From positions 57,308 through 121,307 of the forward strand of contig DF237201.1 in assembly GCA_000708835.1 (NCBI GenBank): DNA of 64,000 nt. Direction: 5' to 3'. Of the stretch, positions 12,900 to 24,600 are shown piece by piece (positions within the stretch are counted from its first letter, which is position 1; each line of letters opens with the position of its first letter). The notes beneath the pieces were generated by a model. The model searched no databases, was not told the origin of the DNA, and saw only the letters and a program-made list of their open reading frames with translations. This DNA comes from Klebsormidium nitens (Eukaryota; Plantae; Klebsormidiophyceae). The position numbers and the translations under genes are program-made.

Positions 12900-14500
12900 G
12901 GTATTATGTTTGAAAGAGTGACAACGGGCAATGACTTGTGCACTGTCTGAGCACTACGTCTCATCCGTCCAGCTTGAAAGATCATTCTGAAGCCCTCTAA
13001 ATCGTGCCTCGTTAGTCACACAGACGGCCTCTTTCACGAACCGCAAGGATGCGCCGGACAGCCGTTCGGACAGCGCATCCGAACAACGCAATCGCATGAC
13101 TAAGTCGGCGTCATCTGTCCGGACAGCGCATTTGGACAGCGCATCAGAACAGCCGTCCGGACAGCAATTGGTCAGCCATCCGGACAGCGCTTCCGGACAG
13201 CGCATCTGGTTGACTGTTCGGCGCCATCTGTCCAAACGGCTGTCCGGCATCGCCCCCCGGACGGCGCATCCGGACACCCGCGCTCAAGCGCGCGGCTGCC
13301 CTACGCGCGTGCGCGCAGCTACGCAGTTTGCAAAGATCCAGATTCGGCTAGTTCGACGACCTAGCTTGCCTGCTCAACAAGACTCGAGGTGTACGGGGCT
13401 CTGCCCAGTTATGCAAGAAAATTCATTTGACTGCATCTTGACTGCAATCCTGGCTGCAGTCCGTCGTAAGTCTCAATTTTGGAGCTCTTGTACGTAATGC
13501 AAACGTCGCGGGTAGGTAATCAGAAGATTGCAATGAGAATGCGTAACGGTCTGGCCACGGCCCAGACTGCTGCAATATTTTCTGTTCGAGGGCCGCAATC
13601 ATACTATCCTTTTGCATGGTCACTTTTACTCTTTCCATTTTGTTTTTGGATTGGTCGGCTGCAGTTCATGGAGCTTGACAAGATACCTGTAGCGGCCATG
13701 ATTTCGGGCAAACCGCTCTACTTGAGCGGTGACTTTTATAGCGCCAGCTCAAGTAGCGTATGTGGGCAATTGTCGCGTGAGCCCAGATTGGGGCTCTGCC
13801 GGTAGCCCCCGCGCTCTAGTTAGCATGTAGTCGTTTCAGCGATATAACCTTACCTGGCGTTAAAACTCTTTTTGACGGACCGCGTGCTTTGTGCCTGACC
13901 GGCAAGCGGATACGATCCATGTGTAGATAACCGTTAAAGAAGCCACGTTGCGCCTCCTCCGGAAATCTTACTTCGGGTGGTCGTACGTCGCACGGCAAGG
14001 TCGGAAAGCCAAGACGATATTGAAGAGGGGTTTTGTGCTCGACGCCACGTCGAGCTCCTATTGCAGCAGAAGGAGAGTTTCTTTGACCCTCTCCTGTTTC
14101 ATTCCCCAGCTGTAGTCATCCGTAAGACTGCCAAACACTTCCTTGGGCATGCTTTTCAATTGCGTTATAATAGCGGCCTAGAGTTTGTCGTGCCCATGTC
14201 AAGCTCTACAAGCCACATCAGACCGTTCGTTGATCCGCAAGAGCTGCCTCACAATGACAGCGTGCTCTGCACTTTGGGCACTCTGATGACGCCCAGTTGG
14301 CATTACGGTGTGCGCGGCATCTGAAGCCAACAGGATTCTGAAATGCTCAACAGGGGTTCTATATAAGCACGTGCAAAATGCCTGACGCTGGGTACTATTG
14401 ACACCCAGAAAGGCTTCGCTGTTGGGTTCCTTCAAGGTCTCAGTTGTATCGCTACTTCGTGTTGCTGGAAAGGCAGGTTCGTTAGGGAGTTTCACAGATT
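12900..14500 (-). pseudogene. Partial paralog A3 (~1.6-kb tandem duplicate of 14520-16000)
   Basis: Shares GTTAGTCACACAGACGGCCTCTTT (13011 vs 14608), the minisatellite and ATCAGACCGTTCGTTGATCCG (14217 vs 15763) with A4. Frame RINERSD conserved. Confidence 0.6.
13049..13280. repeat. GC-rich ~12-13 bp minisatellite (CCGGACAGCGCAT-like), partly inverted
   Basis: About a dozen GGACAGC(G/C)CATCC-like units, plus inverted CTGTCC units near the right end. Absent from paralogs A1 and A2 at the homologous position. Confidence 0.85.
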
Positions 14501-17500
14501 GTGCGGTTTGTTCGAAAGACCGACAACGGGAAATGAATTGTGCACTGCCCGAGCACTACGTCTCAATCCGCTATGATGGCCACTATGACGCCCTCTATAC
14601 TGTGCCTAGTTAGTCACACAGACGGCCTCTTTTAAGAACCCCACCCACTGTGCTCCGCGGCATACCTCCGCTTGAGCTTTTCCACCCGGACAGCGCATGC
14701 GGACAGCCATTCGGACAGCGCATCCGGACTGCGCATCCGGATGGCTGTCCGGATGCATGGAGGCTGCCCGGCATCGCCCCCGGACGGCGCAGTCGGACAG
14801 CCGAGCTCAAGCGGCTGCCCCACGTGCGTGCGCGCTTCGCAACTTGCAGAGATCCAAATTCCGCCGTTTCGACGAGCTTGTTTGCTGACCAAAGAATATT
14901 AATGTTAGCTGGGCTCTACCCTGTTCATGTGCAAGGAGGTTTCACCTGACTGCATCTTGGCGCTGCAGACGCAACGCAAATCCTGGTTTCAAACCGTAAG
15001 CCTTAGATTCAACGGAGCTCCTGTTCTCCTGTCCGCCATCCGAACGTCGGGGATGGATCGAAACTTTGGCAGTGAAAATGCGTTCTGGTGTGGGCCACCT
15101 AAAGGGCCCATCTGTGGTGATGTTGTACATCTGAGGGCCATATGTTATGCTCGGACAATCTTGATCTCTCCCGTTTCTTGTTTTTGGAATGGTTGGCTGC
15201 TTTCATAGTCTGGGGCTTACCAAAGTTCCTGCAGCGGCCATTATTTTGCGCAAAACCGTTCCGTTTGAGCAGTAACATTTGAAGCCCAGCTCAAGCAGCG
15301 GTATCTAGGCGACTGTCGCGCGAAGCCAGACTGGGGCTCGGCCGCTAGCCCGCGCTTTTGCAAGTAATCGTTTTCGAAGTTCAGCCGATCCAACCGGCTT
15401 CGTGTTGACGGACCGCGTGCATGCTTCTGCTGACAGGCCAGGAGATTCACTGCACGTGCAATAAGCTTTACCCAAGTCATGTCGCGCTTTCCTCGAAACT
15501 TAAGAGTCTGATTGTTTGTACGTTGCTCAGCAAGGTCTGAAAACCCGAGAAGATATAGACCCGCTATATGCTCGACGACGCGACGCGTACGCCGGCTTGT
15601 TATTTCTGACAGAAGGAGAGACGTGTCGTCTTTGACTAACTCCTGTTTCCTTGCCCAGCTGCAGCCTTCCGTGTGATGGGTTTACACTTCCTTGTGCATG
15701 CTTTCTTCCATTTTACTAGAGGCCTGGTGCTCGTAGCGCCCATTCGAAGCTCTACGAGCCACGATCAGACCGTTCGTTGATCCGGGCAAAGCTGCCTGGC
15801 AATGACGCCCTCTGCACTTTGGGCAATCTGATTGACGCCCATTTGATAGCAAGTTCCTGAAGCCAACGGAATTCTGGAATGGTCAGGGGAGCCCATATAG
15901 CACGTGATTAATTACCTGATGTTGGGTACTTCTAACACCCATGAACGGCTTGACCAAATTGACTGCGCTATCAAACGGATCCGAAAAAGATGCTTGAGCA
16001 GGAATGGACGGTCAGAATTGCGGCCAATTGAAAGTGGTGCAGCCTCAATACTACCAACGGTTCAACGGTATCAAAGTTGACGTAGGCCCCGTCAAATTGA
16101 TTTCCTTGTAATCCCATTGGAGCCTGCGTCCGTTTTGGGGAAACTGTTCTTCCAGTCTTCCTAGGTCGGACGCTAATCCTGATTCTGGTCTGCCTGATCT
16201 TTCCGGTCGATAAAGATGCGAACCGTACGGGGGATTCAGTTCGTGTTTCGACGAACTGCCTCAGTATAAAACGCTGATTGGCAGCGAATCAGAAGATGTG
16301 CTCTCGAGAAACAAGGAAGAACGGTCTGGTTCGTGAGAAAGACATCACGTTGAAACTCACTTTCCGCCCTGAAAACGCAGTACAATTTCTGCAGTTGCCC
16401 CATGGCTTCGTTTGGATCGAACTGAGGGCCACCTTTTGTTTTGCAAACAAATTATAGCCGTTCGTCACAAAACGTCCAATCAATCTGCAACGTTTGTGAG
16501 TTCGCTCTTTCAATTACACCTCTTACAATTTTCTGAGACCCCAACCGAGTTTATGTATCTCGTTTTCCCGATCACAACGACTTCTCTAGAGCATGCTCAC
16601 GTGTTTCTGTTTGGTCCGGCACATCCATCGGGTGAGCATCAGTGCACGCATTCTCGCATCCTGGTCGCCTGGCTTGCGTGGCTGCGGTTTCGCACTTTTG
16701 CTCAGATCGATTGGAGTGCGCCCGAACCGAACTGAAGTCGCCATTACTGCCCCTCGGTCGACACCCGCTTGCTTAACGGTCTGAGTATGGCCATGAGAGA
16801 ACAGAGTGCTCATGATCAGAGGCAATGCTGTAATGCCTGTTTTAAAAGCTCGAGGCCAAAGTTGGATCTCTTGATGATACTGTGTTGTTTCCCTCGCAAG
16901 TAGCTAACTTGATCCCGTTTTTGACGTCGATTGAACACGGGAATGGAGATCAAGCAGACAGCTTTTCGTTAATAACGCCATGTTCTGACGTCATGCCCGG
17001 ATTCGAATAAGGAGCCGTAGCGCAGTTTGCGTCTCTGAATTTTCGAATGGGCGCACCAGATCGCACGCAGGCAATATTTGACCTCTTCCCCTGAAGCGTT
17101 TGGTACGAACCACTATTTGAGTTTCAAGAAGTCTGCTTTCACGTGTAGACTAGCTGTACAGGATCTGGAATCCAAGTCGTATGACCTGATGATTGTACAA
17201 TCTTTCGGAAGTGCTTGATCAATTCCTGAACGTCCGGTGATCTTGAGGAAAACTGGGTTCTTGTTCGACTTGCGCGGGACATGAAGCCTCATCGAGCATT
17301 CATTTCTTTCGATTTTATCAAGGTTCACCTTCGGTGAGCCCCGTTTCCCTGGCAAGCGTCTTGCAGATTTGCTGCAAATTGGACCTTTCGTAGAAGGTCC
17401 CCGGCAGTCCCAGGCTGCGCAATCCTGAGCAGTACGTCGATCTCGCGGCTTGATCCCAAAAACACCGTGTAGTGTACACGTTCTCGTGTACACGTCCTTA

Positions 17501-18820
17501 TAGTCTTCAGGCATTTGTGGTCACATTCTCCAGTTTGGACTATTTTTCTTCTTGGCACAATTTTCCGGTCGCTCCAACCTGGCACCTCCAAAACCATTGG
17601 GCAGTCTCAACGCAAATCTGAAGCCTAGACACTCTGGGTACTCTTGGCAGTTCTTTAATGTCTCCGGGGGGTTTCGGGAGGCTTTGCGGGTCTCCCCGGA
17701 CAATCCTTGATAGCCAAGTACGGCTTGAAGACTGTCGTACGTCGGTGCTCAGGATGCGGCGCGCTTAGTATCTCTGTAGCCTTTGACGAGGACTTGCATG
17801 CCTTCTAAGACAAGCTAGTGTGCACGAGAAGATTGTCAGAGTCTGGCCACTTCATCCTTCTTTCGACTCTGGCGATCTTGGGTGATGTCGCCTCAAAATG
17901 CCTCGGGTCAAACCCGATTGGAAGTAAGTCCGAAAGGGTGTTCTGCGTTTCACATCCCCTGTTTGGATGCCTCGGAAGCAATTTCAGCTTACGGACCCTC
18001 AAAGGCCGTGATGAAGGAATTCTCTCGCAACGTTGCATGCGATTCCACATGAGAAAATCGGAAGCCTTCATATCACTGTGAGTCGTCTCGATCAAGCTAA
18101 TTGAAGCGTCTCTCCTTCGGGAAGCGAAGGGAATATCCTTCCCGGTGATCCCTTTCGTATATCTGAAAGGTTCCTTCTTCGACCTTACAGCATGGGTTGC
18201 GCGACAGCGCCCAAGTCAAATTCTTTCTGCATTACGCCTGAAGCGGCCCATCGTCGACTCAGCCTCTACTGAACGGACGTTTTGGTTTGGAAACACCTTC
18301 CCCTCCGCCCCACTTTTCGAACACGAGATCCTCCATTCAATGTCGCTTCGAAGCGGAATCAGGTTTCTTGTCATCAGCTTGGGCGTAGTCTACAACTAGG
18401 CACACCGGAGCCCTGCGTTCGCCTAGGCATATCCGTGAGTACTAGTGATTCGAGAAGAACTGTACGTTTTAGAGGCCCCAATCCGCGCTAGATCTGAAGA
18501 CGTTTGAAGACGTCGCGCAAGACAAAGTTTGCCACGAAACAAACAGCTTTGAAAGACCCAGAGCCCATCAAGAAACCTCCCTGGCTTTATTATAGCAGTT
18601 GCAAGGGGCCCGCTCAAGGGAGTGAAAAGTTGCCAATCTGTCTAGCGCTGCTCACGCAACTCTGGAGCGAATAACATTCAGCACTGAGTCTCCCTTTATT
18701 AGAAGGACCGGAAGGGAGCACAGTCACGCAACTCCAGCATCAAGCTTTTTTATTTGAGGGTGCGAGAGTTGCGATCGGCCTTTGGGCTTGCGCAGAGTGG
18801 CTTGGCAATGAATGAGCGCT
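14500..18820 (-). pseudogene. Decayed paralog A4, cut at its 5' side by the hAT-like element
   Basis: Colinear with A2 at about +8.2 kb. Frame HPNRGCETQNTLSDLLPIGFDPRHFEATSPKIARVERR (ORF 17805-18095) matches HPNRG*EAEHSSEMLPDCYRPELFKALSPMITRV*RR near 21800-21940. Confidence 0.65.
14685..14802. repeat. Second CCGGACAGCGCAT-like minisatellite
   Basis: GGACAGCGCATGC/GGACAGCCATTC/GGACAGCGCATCC/GGACTGCGCATCC units, and the same CATCGCCCCCGGACGGCGCA tail as the 13049 array. Confidence 0.85.
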
Positions 18821-18825
18821 ATACA

Positions 18826-19699
18826 CAGGGAAGATTGGTTGTCTCCCCCCGGGGGGGAGAGGGGGAGGAGAAACGGGGGAGACGTGTCTCCCCCCCTATC
18901 TCCCCCACCATGCCCAGGAGGGTGGAGATCCGTCACTATCCACCCCCTCTCCCCCACCGGAGGACAATTCTCCCCCACCGGGGGAGAATTCTCCCCCACT
19001 TTTCTCCCCCACCCGGAAATTGCTTCGTTTTTTTGAAAGTGCGTAGAAATTTTGACAAAACGGACCCGGGTATGCTTGGTGAGTCCGGCAAGAACGGTTC
19101 TAAATGCTTAAACATGAAAAAAAATCGGTTTTTACAAAATTGGCCACTTATCACCGTGCCCGGACTCGAACCCGTGTCCTCCGACTGTAAGGCCAAACTC
19201 CTTAACCACCTGAGCTATCTCCATGTGTGTACCTTCAGGGAGCAGCTTAAATGGTATAAACCGTCGAATGAGTACCGTTTTCACAATTCTCGCGTTGCGG
19301 AGGACTTTCCGCCTTTGTGAGCCTGTATATCATCTTCAGAAGCTCTTAGGAAACCGGACTGAAGTACCGTTTGTGACAATTCCATCCGTTCTGATCCAAC
19401 TTACATCAAAGCAAATATCTTTAAGTGGGACTTGGACGATGAGATCCTAGACAAGTCAACAAAAGCGAGCAACCTCACTTTTTGGCAGGAAAGATGCTTC
19501 TAGCAACACTAAAGGATACCCAATAGCTTTACGCATTGTTCGGACGTCAAAAGTTTGATTGGAACGGCTAGCATGTCGCCTTCGATTGGAGGACTGGAGG
19601 ATAGTAGGGGGAGACTTGTCTCCCCCACCCGTTACATAGGGGGAGAATTCTCCCCATTTTCAGCTCCCCCCCATTCGTCACAGGGGAAGATCTCCCCTT
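18826..19699 (+). mobile_element. Non-autonomous hAT-like DNA transposon derivative
   Basis: Starts CAGGGAAGATT; right end GATCTCCCCTT is an 8/11 match to the expected TIR. Palindromic GGGGGAGA-N2-4-TCTCCCCC-type motifs cluster at both ends. Internal + strand remnants FRLCEPVYHLQKLLG..VTIPSVL and LTFWQERC..YPIALRIV..ERL resemble hAT transposase core and dimerisation motifs. No TSD found. It interrupts a paralog at ...GAGCGCT. Confidence 0.5.
19150..19224 (-). tRNA. tRNA-like (Val-TAC-like) pseudogene or SINE-type head with A and B boxes
   Basis: Minus strand reads GGAGA-TAGCTCAGGTGGTTAAGGAGT-TTGGC-CTTACA-GTCGG-AGGAC-ACGGG-TTCGAGT-CCGGG. D stem GCTC/GAGT and the A and B boxes are intact; the anticodon loop is 6 nt; the acceptor stem does not pair; T runs follow downstream. 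Confidence 0.55.
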
Positions 19700-19709
19700 G
19701 AATTGATCG

Positions 19710-21600
19710 GAGACTTGTCACGTTGTCCGTCTGCGCTTGACTTACCTCGCTGGCTTTTTTAACGACAATGGAGTGTCTTCAAAATCATAATTGCCTTTCT
19801 TGCACCCATTCTGTTTGTCCATCAGACTCGGTCAATCGATCCGAACTTTGGGCTATTCATGGAGTGTGCCGTCTTGCAATTTTTCTAAGGTATTACGAAC
19901 GGCAAACTGCTCTGTTCATCCTCCCGACACCACTGGCAGTGCAAAGGAAGTTAAATGCATCGACTGTTCAAGATTGAAGGCTTTAGCCTGCCAGACGTCA
20001 ATGTAGAGTTGATCAGCTTCTCGAACTCTGTACATTGAACCAGTTCTGCTTTGCTGACCTGGTTTGTGATTTCTGCTTTCTGCTTTCTCGAGCAAACAAG
20101 CCATTCCTCTTGCCGGCAACACGTGTCGAGCTTTGAGTCGCTACGGTCAGAGCGCGCGTATGTTGCCATCCGTCGGTTTTGGTTTGGCATCAGGGTGAGT
20201 GTCTTCAAGTCGAACGAGCTCTACTATAAGCAGAGCCCTGTGCTCGTTAAACACTTGCAGTGCTCAAGTCGGTTTGGAAGGACTCTCCTGCCTAGGATCC
20301 CAAATTTGCGCTGCATCTCAAACTGTACTTGGTGCACTTGACGTAATGCACGAAAATGTTTGCAACTCTCCAAGCAGCTTATAGGGACCCAGAGGACATT
20401 GATTTCTATCCTTAGTGGCTTTTCCCCAAAGGACGATTTTCAAGGGACCCGCTGGGTTCGCAATTTAAATAACAGTGTGTCTGGCGCTGCCTTATGATTT
20501 CCGTGCCTCAAGCTGTAAAACTTACGCCTTTTCAATATGATTTTCAGGCCGTGCTTGTTAAGCTGGCAGGATCGGGCCGTGAAAATACTGAACAGCGGGC
20601 CTCCTCGTGGAAGCCCACTAGGATCTCTGAATCGTTCTGATGCCCTAACTCTCGGTTTGATGGGGAAAGAAATTCTCTGCTTACAAATTGAATTTTTGCA
20701 CCATTTTCATTCCACGTTGATACTGTTGATTCCCCGCAGTTCTCAAGGCACTGACACGACATCGTTTGCGTAGTAGTCACTTTCTTTCCGCTTTACCATA
20801 CTTGCGGTTTCAAGCCCCGTCAGCCACTTTTTCCTTGCTTTTGTCTCGCGGTGAGAGGCCTCGCGCTTGTACCGACGAGACCCTGGTTTGTGCGTGCCTG
20901 TCCATCCGCCAGCAGTTTGTCGATTGTCACGCTTACCGAAATCATATTTGATTTTTGCCTAGGGTACGTGTCATTACCGGCTGCAACCCCTGAAACGAAG
21001 GACATTTGCACTGATTGTCGTGTACAACGGACCGGACTCGGGAGCAAAGTCACGCGGCTCCAGCATCATTTTGAATTTCCATTAAGAGGGTGCAGGAGCA
21101 GCAATCGTCCCGATCCTTGGTCTTTTAAAAAACTGGCTTGGAAATGAACGAGCGCTCTTGCTTTTTGGGCAAACCCAGTCGTATGCCGACCATTCGCGGC
21201 AATGCAGAGTGCGAGCCAACACGGATTGGTAATATAGACAAGTCCTTGTGATTCGACTGATACTAAAAGGACTCCTGCTGATCGCCAAACCATGTTGAGC
21301 TCGACGATATAATGGGCATGCTCTCGCTTAGGACTGGTACCGGTCCGGTCAGGTTTCGCGAGTTTTGAATCTGAAGTTTACCTGGACAATTACGAAGCTC
21401 GTACAACTTGAATTCTTCGGTTCTTAACGTGGCCATTTGCGCGTCTAGTGGCCATGAGGAACGGAACTGGTGGGCAGCCTCGTTGGAGCCCACTGCTCCT
21501 TGAGAATGTTTCTGAGGCCGCAATCAGATCCTCGCTTTGAAAAAGCTTCCGTATCTTGCAATGCTAAACAAAAGTTAGCACCCGGCCGGCCCGGCTCGCT
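19710..21600 (-). pseudogene. Decayed partial paralog (cluster 1)
   Basis: 19710-20200 matches 25915-26400 (HTRALTVATQSS..AGKRNG vs HTHALTVATQSS..ACKRNG with synonymous T codons; RRHTP*IAQ vs RRHTPWIAQ). 20550-21500 matches 21950-22950. Confidence 0.6.
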
Positions 21601-24600
21601 GAAGACATACGTTTCTCATGCATCGTCATGCTACTTTTATTAGCAGCTGATGACGCTCTTGACGTACGTACACGTCACGAGCGAAGTCGCGATCGCATGC
21701 TATATAACCGAAAGAAAATCCGAGTCTCTGGAGCCCTTGGCACTAATCGCTGAGAACTGGGCTTCTCACAGAAGCTGAGCCAGCGTGCATGAGAATATCG
21801 TCAATGCTTAGCAACTCCGTTCTTCGTTAGACTCTTGTGATCATGGGCGATAATGCTTTGAATAGCTCAGGCCGATAGCAGTCTGGGAGCATTTCAGAAG
21901 AGTGTTCTGCTTCTTATCCCCTGTTTGGATGACTCAAAAGGTGTTTCAGGTCACTGGATTTGAGGCCGTGATGAGTGGAAACGGTCGCAACGTTGCATGC
22001 GATGATGACACGTTTGAGATCCGTCCGAGGCCTTGACTTCAACTTGATATAGTGCAATCTACGTTCGGGCCTCCTCGCGGAAACCCACTGTCGGATCTCT
22101 GACGACTGCTGATGCCCCAGCTCTCGGTTTGACGGGGAAAGAAGTGCTTGCTCTGCCTTGTGAAACTGTTTCTTGGATGCTTTCCCTGTTGCATGTTAAC
22201 ACTGTTCCTCACGTTGTCACGTAAGACAGATGCGACTTCGTTCGCGTAGTCGTTTGTTCTGTCAGAACCACCTGCAGAGTTAAGCGTCATCAGCCGCTTT
22301 TTCCTTACTTGTGACAGGCTTGGCTTTTACCGAATGAAGCTTGTTTTGTTCGTCGGTCCAGGGCCATCAGTCAGGAGTTTCTTCAGCGAATTACGCGCTA
22401 TCGACATCCTGATTGGTCCTTGCCGGAGTTGTCTTTCTCAGCTTGAATGCAACTCTTGAAACGAATGACAAGCCGACTGATTGTCCATTTGAAACCGGAC
22501 CGGAAGGGAGCAAAGTCCACATCCATCAATCTGGCATCTCCGTTGAGAAACTCTTGAAGCAACAATTGCCCTGATTTTTGGTCTTGCACAAAGTGGCTTG
22601 GCAATGAACTAGCGCTCTTGCACTTTGGCATGGGCAAAGCCAGTCGGAGCTCAGGGCCTGCAATGTAGGAGAGTGAGCCATGAACACAGATTCGCATTCT
22701 AGAGGAAAGTGCTTGTACTTTGGCTGACATGAGGACTCCCGCTGATTGCCAGACATTGTCCAAACTCGTCAGCAAAGCGCATGCACTCGCTTACGACTGG
22801 CACCGGTCTTCTGACATATTTCGAGGCTGTTCAAATTGCTACAATTAGAGCGCGTACAACCTTGAGTTTTTGGTTCTCGACGTGGGCGTTTTGGCATTCC
22901 GATGGCCACGAGGAACAGAGCTGGTGGGCTGCCTGTTCAGGAGAACACTGTTGTTTGATATTCTCGGTTCTGAGACCAGTTTGATCAGATTCGTCTTTCG
23001 ACAAGGTTTCCGTACGTTATACCCCAAACAACACTTAGCACGCGGCTCGCTTCGCGTCGTTTTGAGCAATTTCAGCTCCATATACCTCGAAGAAGCAAGG
23101 TCTTGTTCTGCTAAACCTTGATTGGGTCGCTTTGCCAATGGCAATGATGAGTCTCCTAGCTGGTCGCATCTTGGATTGATTCGAACCTGCCAGTTCTATT
23201 GAGGACTTGAAGCCATGCCGGAGCTACACTTGCCTTGGTAAACCTCCCATTGAGAAACGTGGGCTTCCCTAGTCGGTTGAACCTTCCGAAATCGTGAAGA
23301 GATTGCCAGATTTTGTTTTCGCTTGAACGTGAGGTGCTTCTGCAACCTAGCATGAATCTGAACAAAGTCTTCAAATTTCCCCCAGATGTTACTCCGATGA
23401 AACCATGTCATCTGTTGCTGACAGCATATGTGACTTTCCATCGTCCTGGAACGTAGCAACTATTATTCTAAAATGCTTTCTGTGTTAACGGCACTGTGAT
23501 ATGGTAGCTTGCACAGGGCGCGCGCTTGTCGCAGCTACTGCCTCAGCTCTGCTGCTTTCATGAAGCAGCTATGCCCTTTCCCTGCGCAAGGAACAACCGG
23601 CAATGCTTCCGCCAAACCCCACTTTGAGCACTACTTTAGTAGCGCTCAACAATCGGTGGAACCGGTTTCATCTACATCTTGAAGCCGTCAATAGGCGTGC
23701 TGTCACGATTATCGTTTTTCTTTCGCAGCAACTAGCCGTTATCTCAAAATTTAATGAAGCCTGTCAGTACCAGTACGTTGCCGTTCTCAGTAGATGATTT
23801 ACTGTTCTTGGAATTGTGGGTTTTTGCTTGCAAAGCAGGCTTGCAGATTGCCCTCGTCCTGAGTCGTTTCAAGTGCCAGATGTCTGCTCGTACGTACGTT
23901 GCTTCATTTCTGGGAGCCGCCGTTGAAGGGAGTCTGATGGCGTTGCTGGTGATGCTGCTTTAGTCAGAATGCTCATTGCTATTTCAAACCAAAACAAAAA
24001 CATGGAAACCATACTGCTAAGGCTTGTAGTACGTTCTTTACCTGAGCCGATTCCGCTGGCGCGCGTTTTCGGAGTTTAGGTTTTTCGTCAACTTGCTGCT
24101 ATAGCGAGAAATTCAATGCAGGTTGCCCGGTTTCATACCCGTAGCCAGCCTTCTCGAAGCTTCAAGCGTTCTGGGACGCTTGGTTATTGGGTAGTAGATC
24201 GAAGTAGGCTTCGACGGTCGCTGGTAACGAAGACGGCTGTGCTGATGATTTGATGTGCCAGAAAGGGTACCTGGACAAAACAGGGAAATTCTGAGACTAC
24301 TGGCCTAAGCCGTGGACACGCTGCTGTGTCCGTAATCGCTCTCGAGTCTGATCCAAGTCTAAATGCGCTGTGAGTTGGAATAACAGCAGTTGAAGGGCAT
24401 AAGCTGATGAAGGGCCTATCGAGCCTTCCGATACTGAAAGATCGACCTTGAAGGTTTTTCTGGATGGCAGACGGTTGCATCAAGCAACACCATCAAGTTT
24501 CAGCAAGAACTTGAAAAGACGCCGTTGCTTTTGAGAAACTTGGATGAGAGTGCTGTGGTCGAGGGCCTGAACCCTTGTGTCTTTGAATGGTACACATTTA

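Larger units (their letters stand above)
5960..12900 (-). pseudogene. Decayed paralog A2, about one full 6.6-kb period of the cluster-1 array
   Basis: Marker GACAACGGGCAATGAC at ~6326 recurs at ~12921 and (variant) ~14522. 8370-8620 matches 16600-16830; 9787 matches 18004 and 21965; 10790 matches 23140; 12200 matches 24680. Long minus frames with few stops (7899-8315, 10067-10459). No intron signals noticed. Confidence 0.65.

Noticed and set aside
13049-14802. Short repeats as a CRISPR array
   Set aside because: Units are ~12 bp, adjacent, degenerate and lack unique spacers; eukaryotic context; no cas genes.
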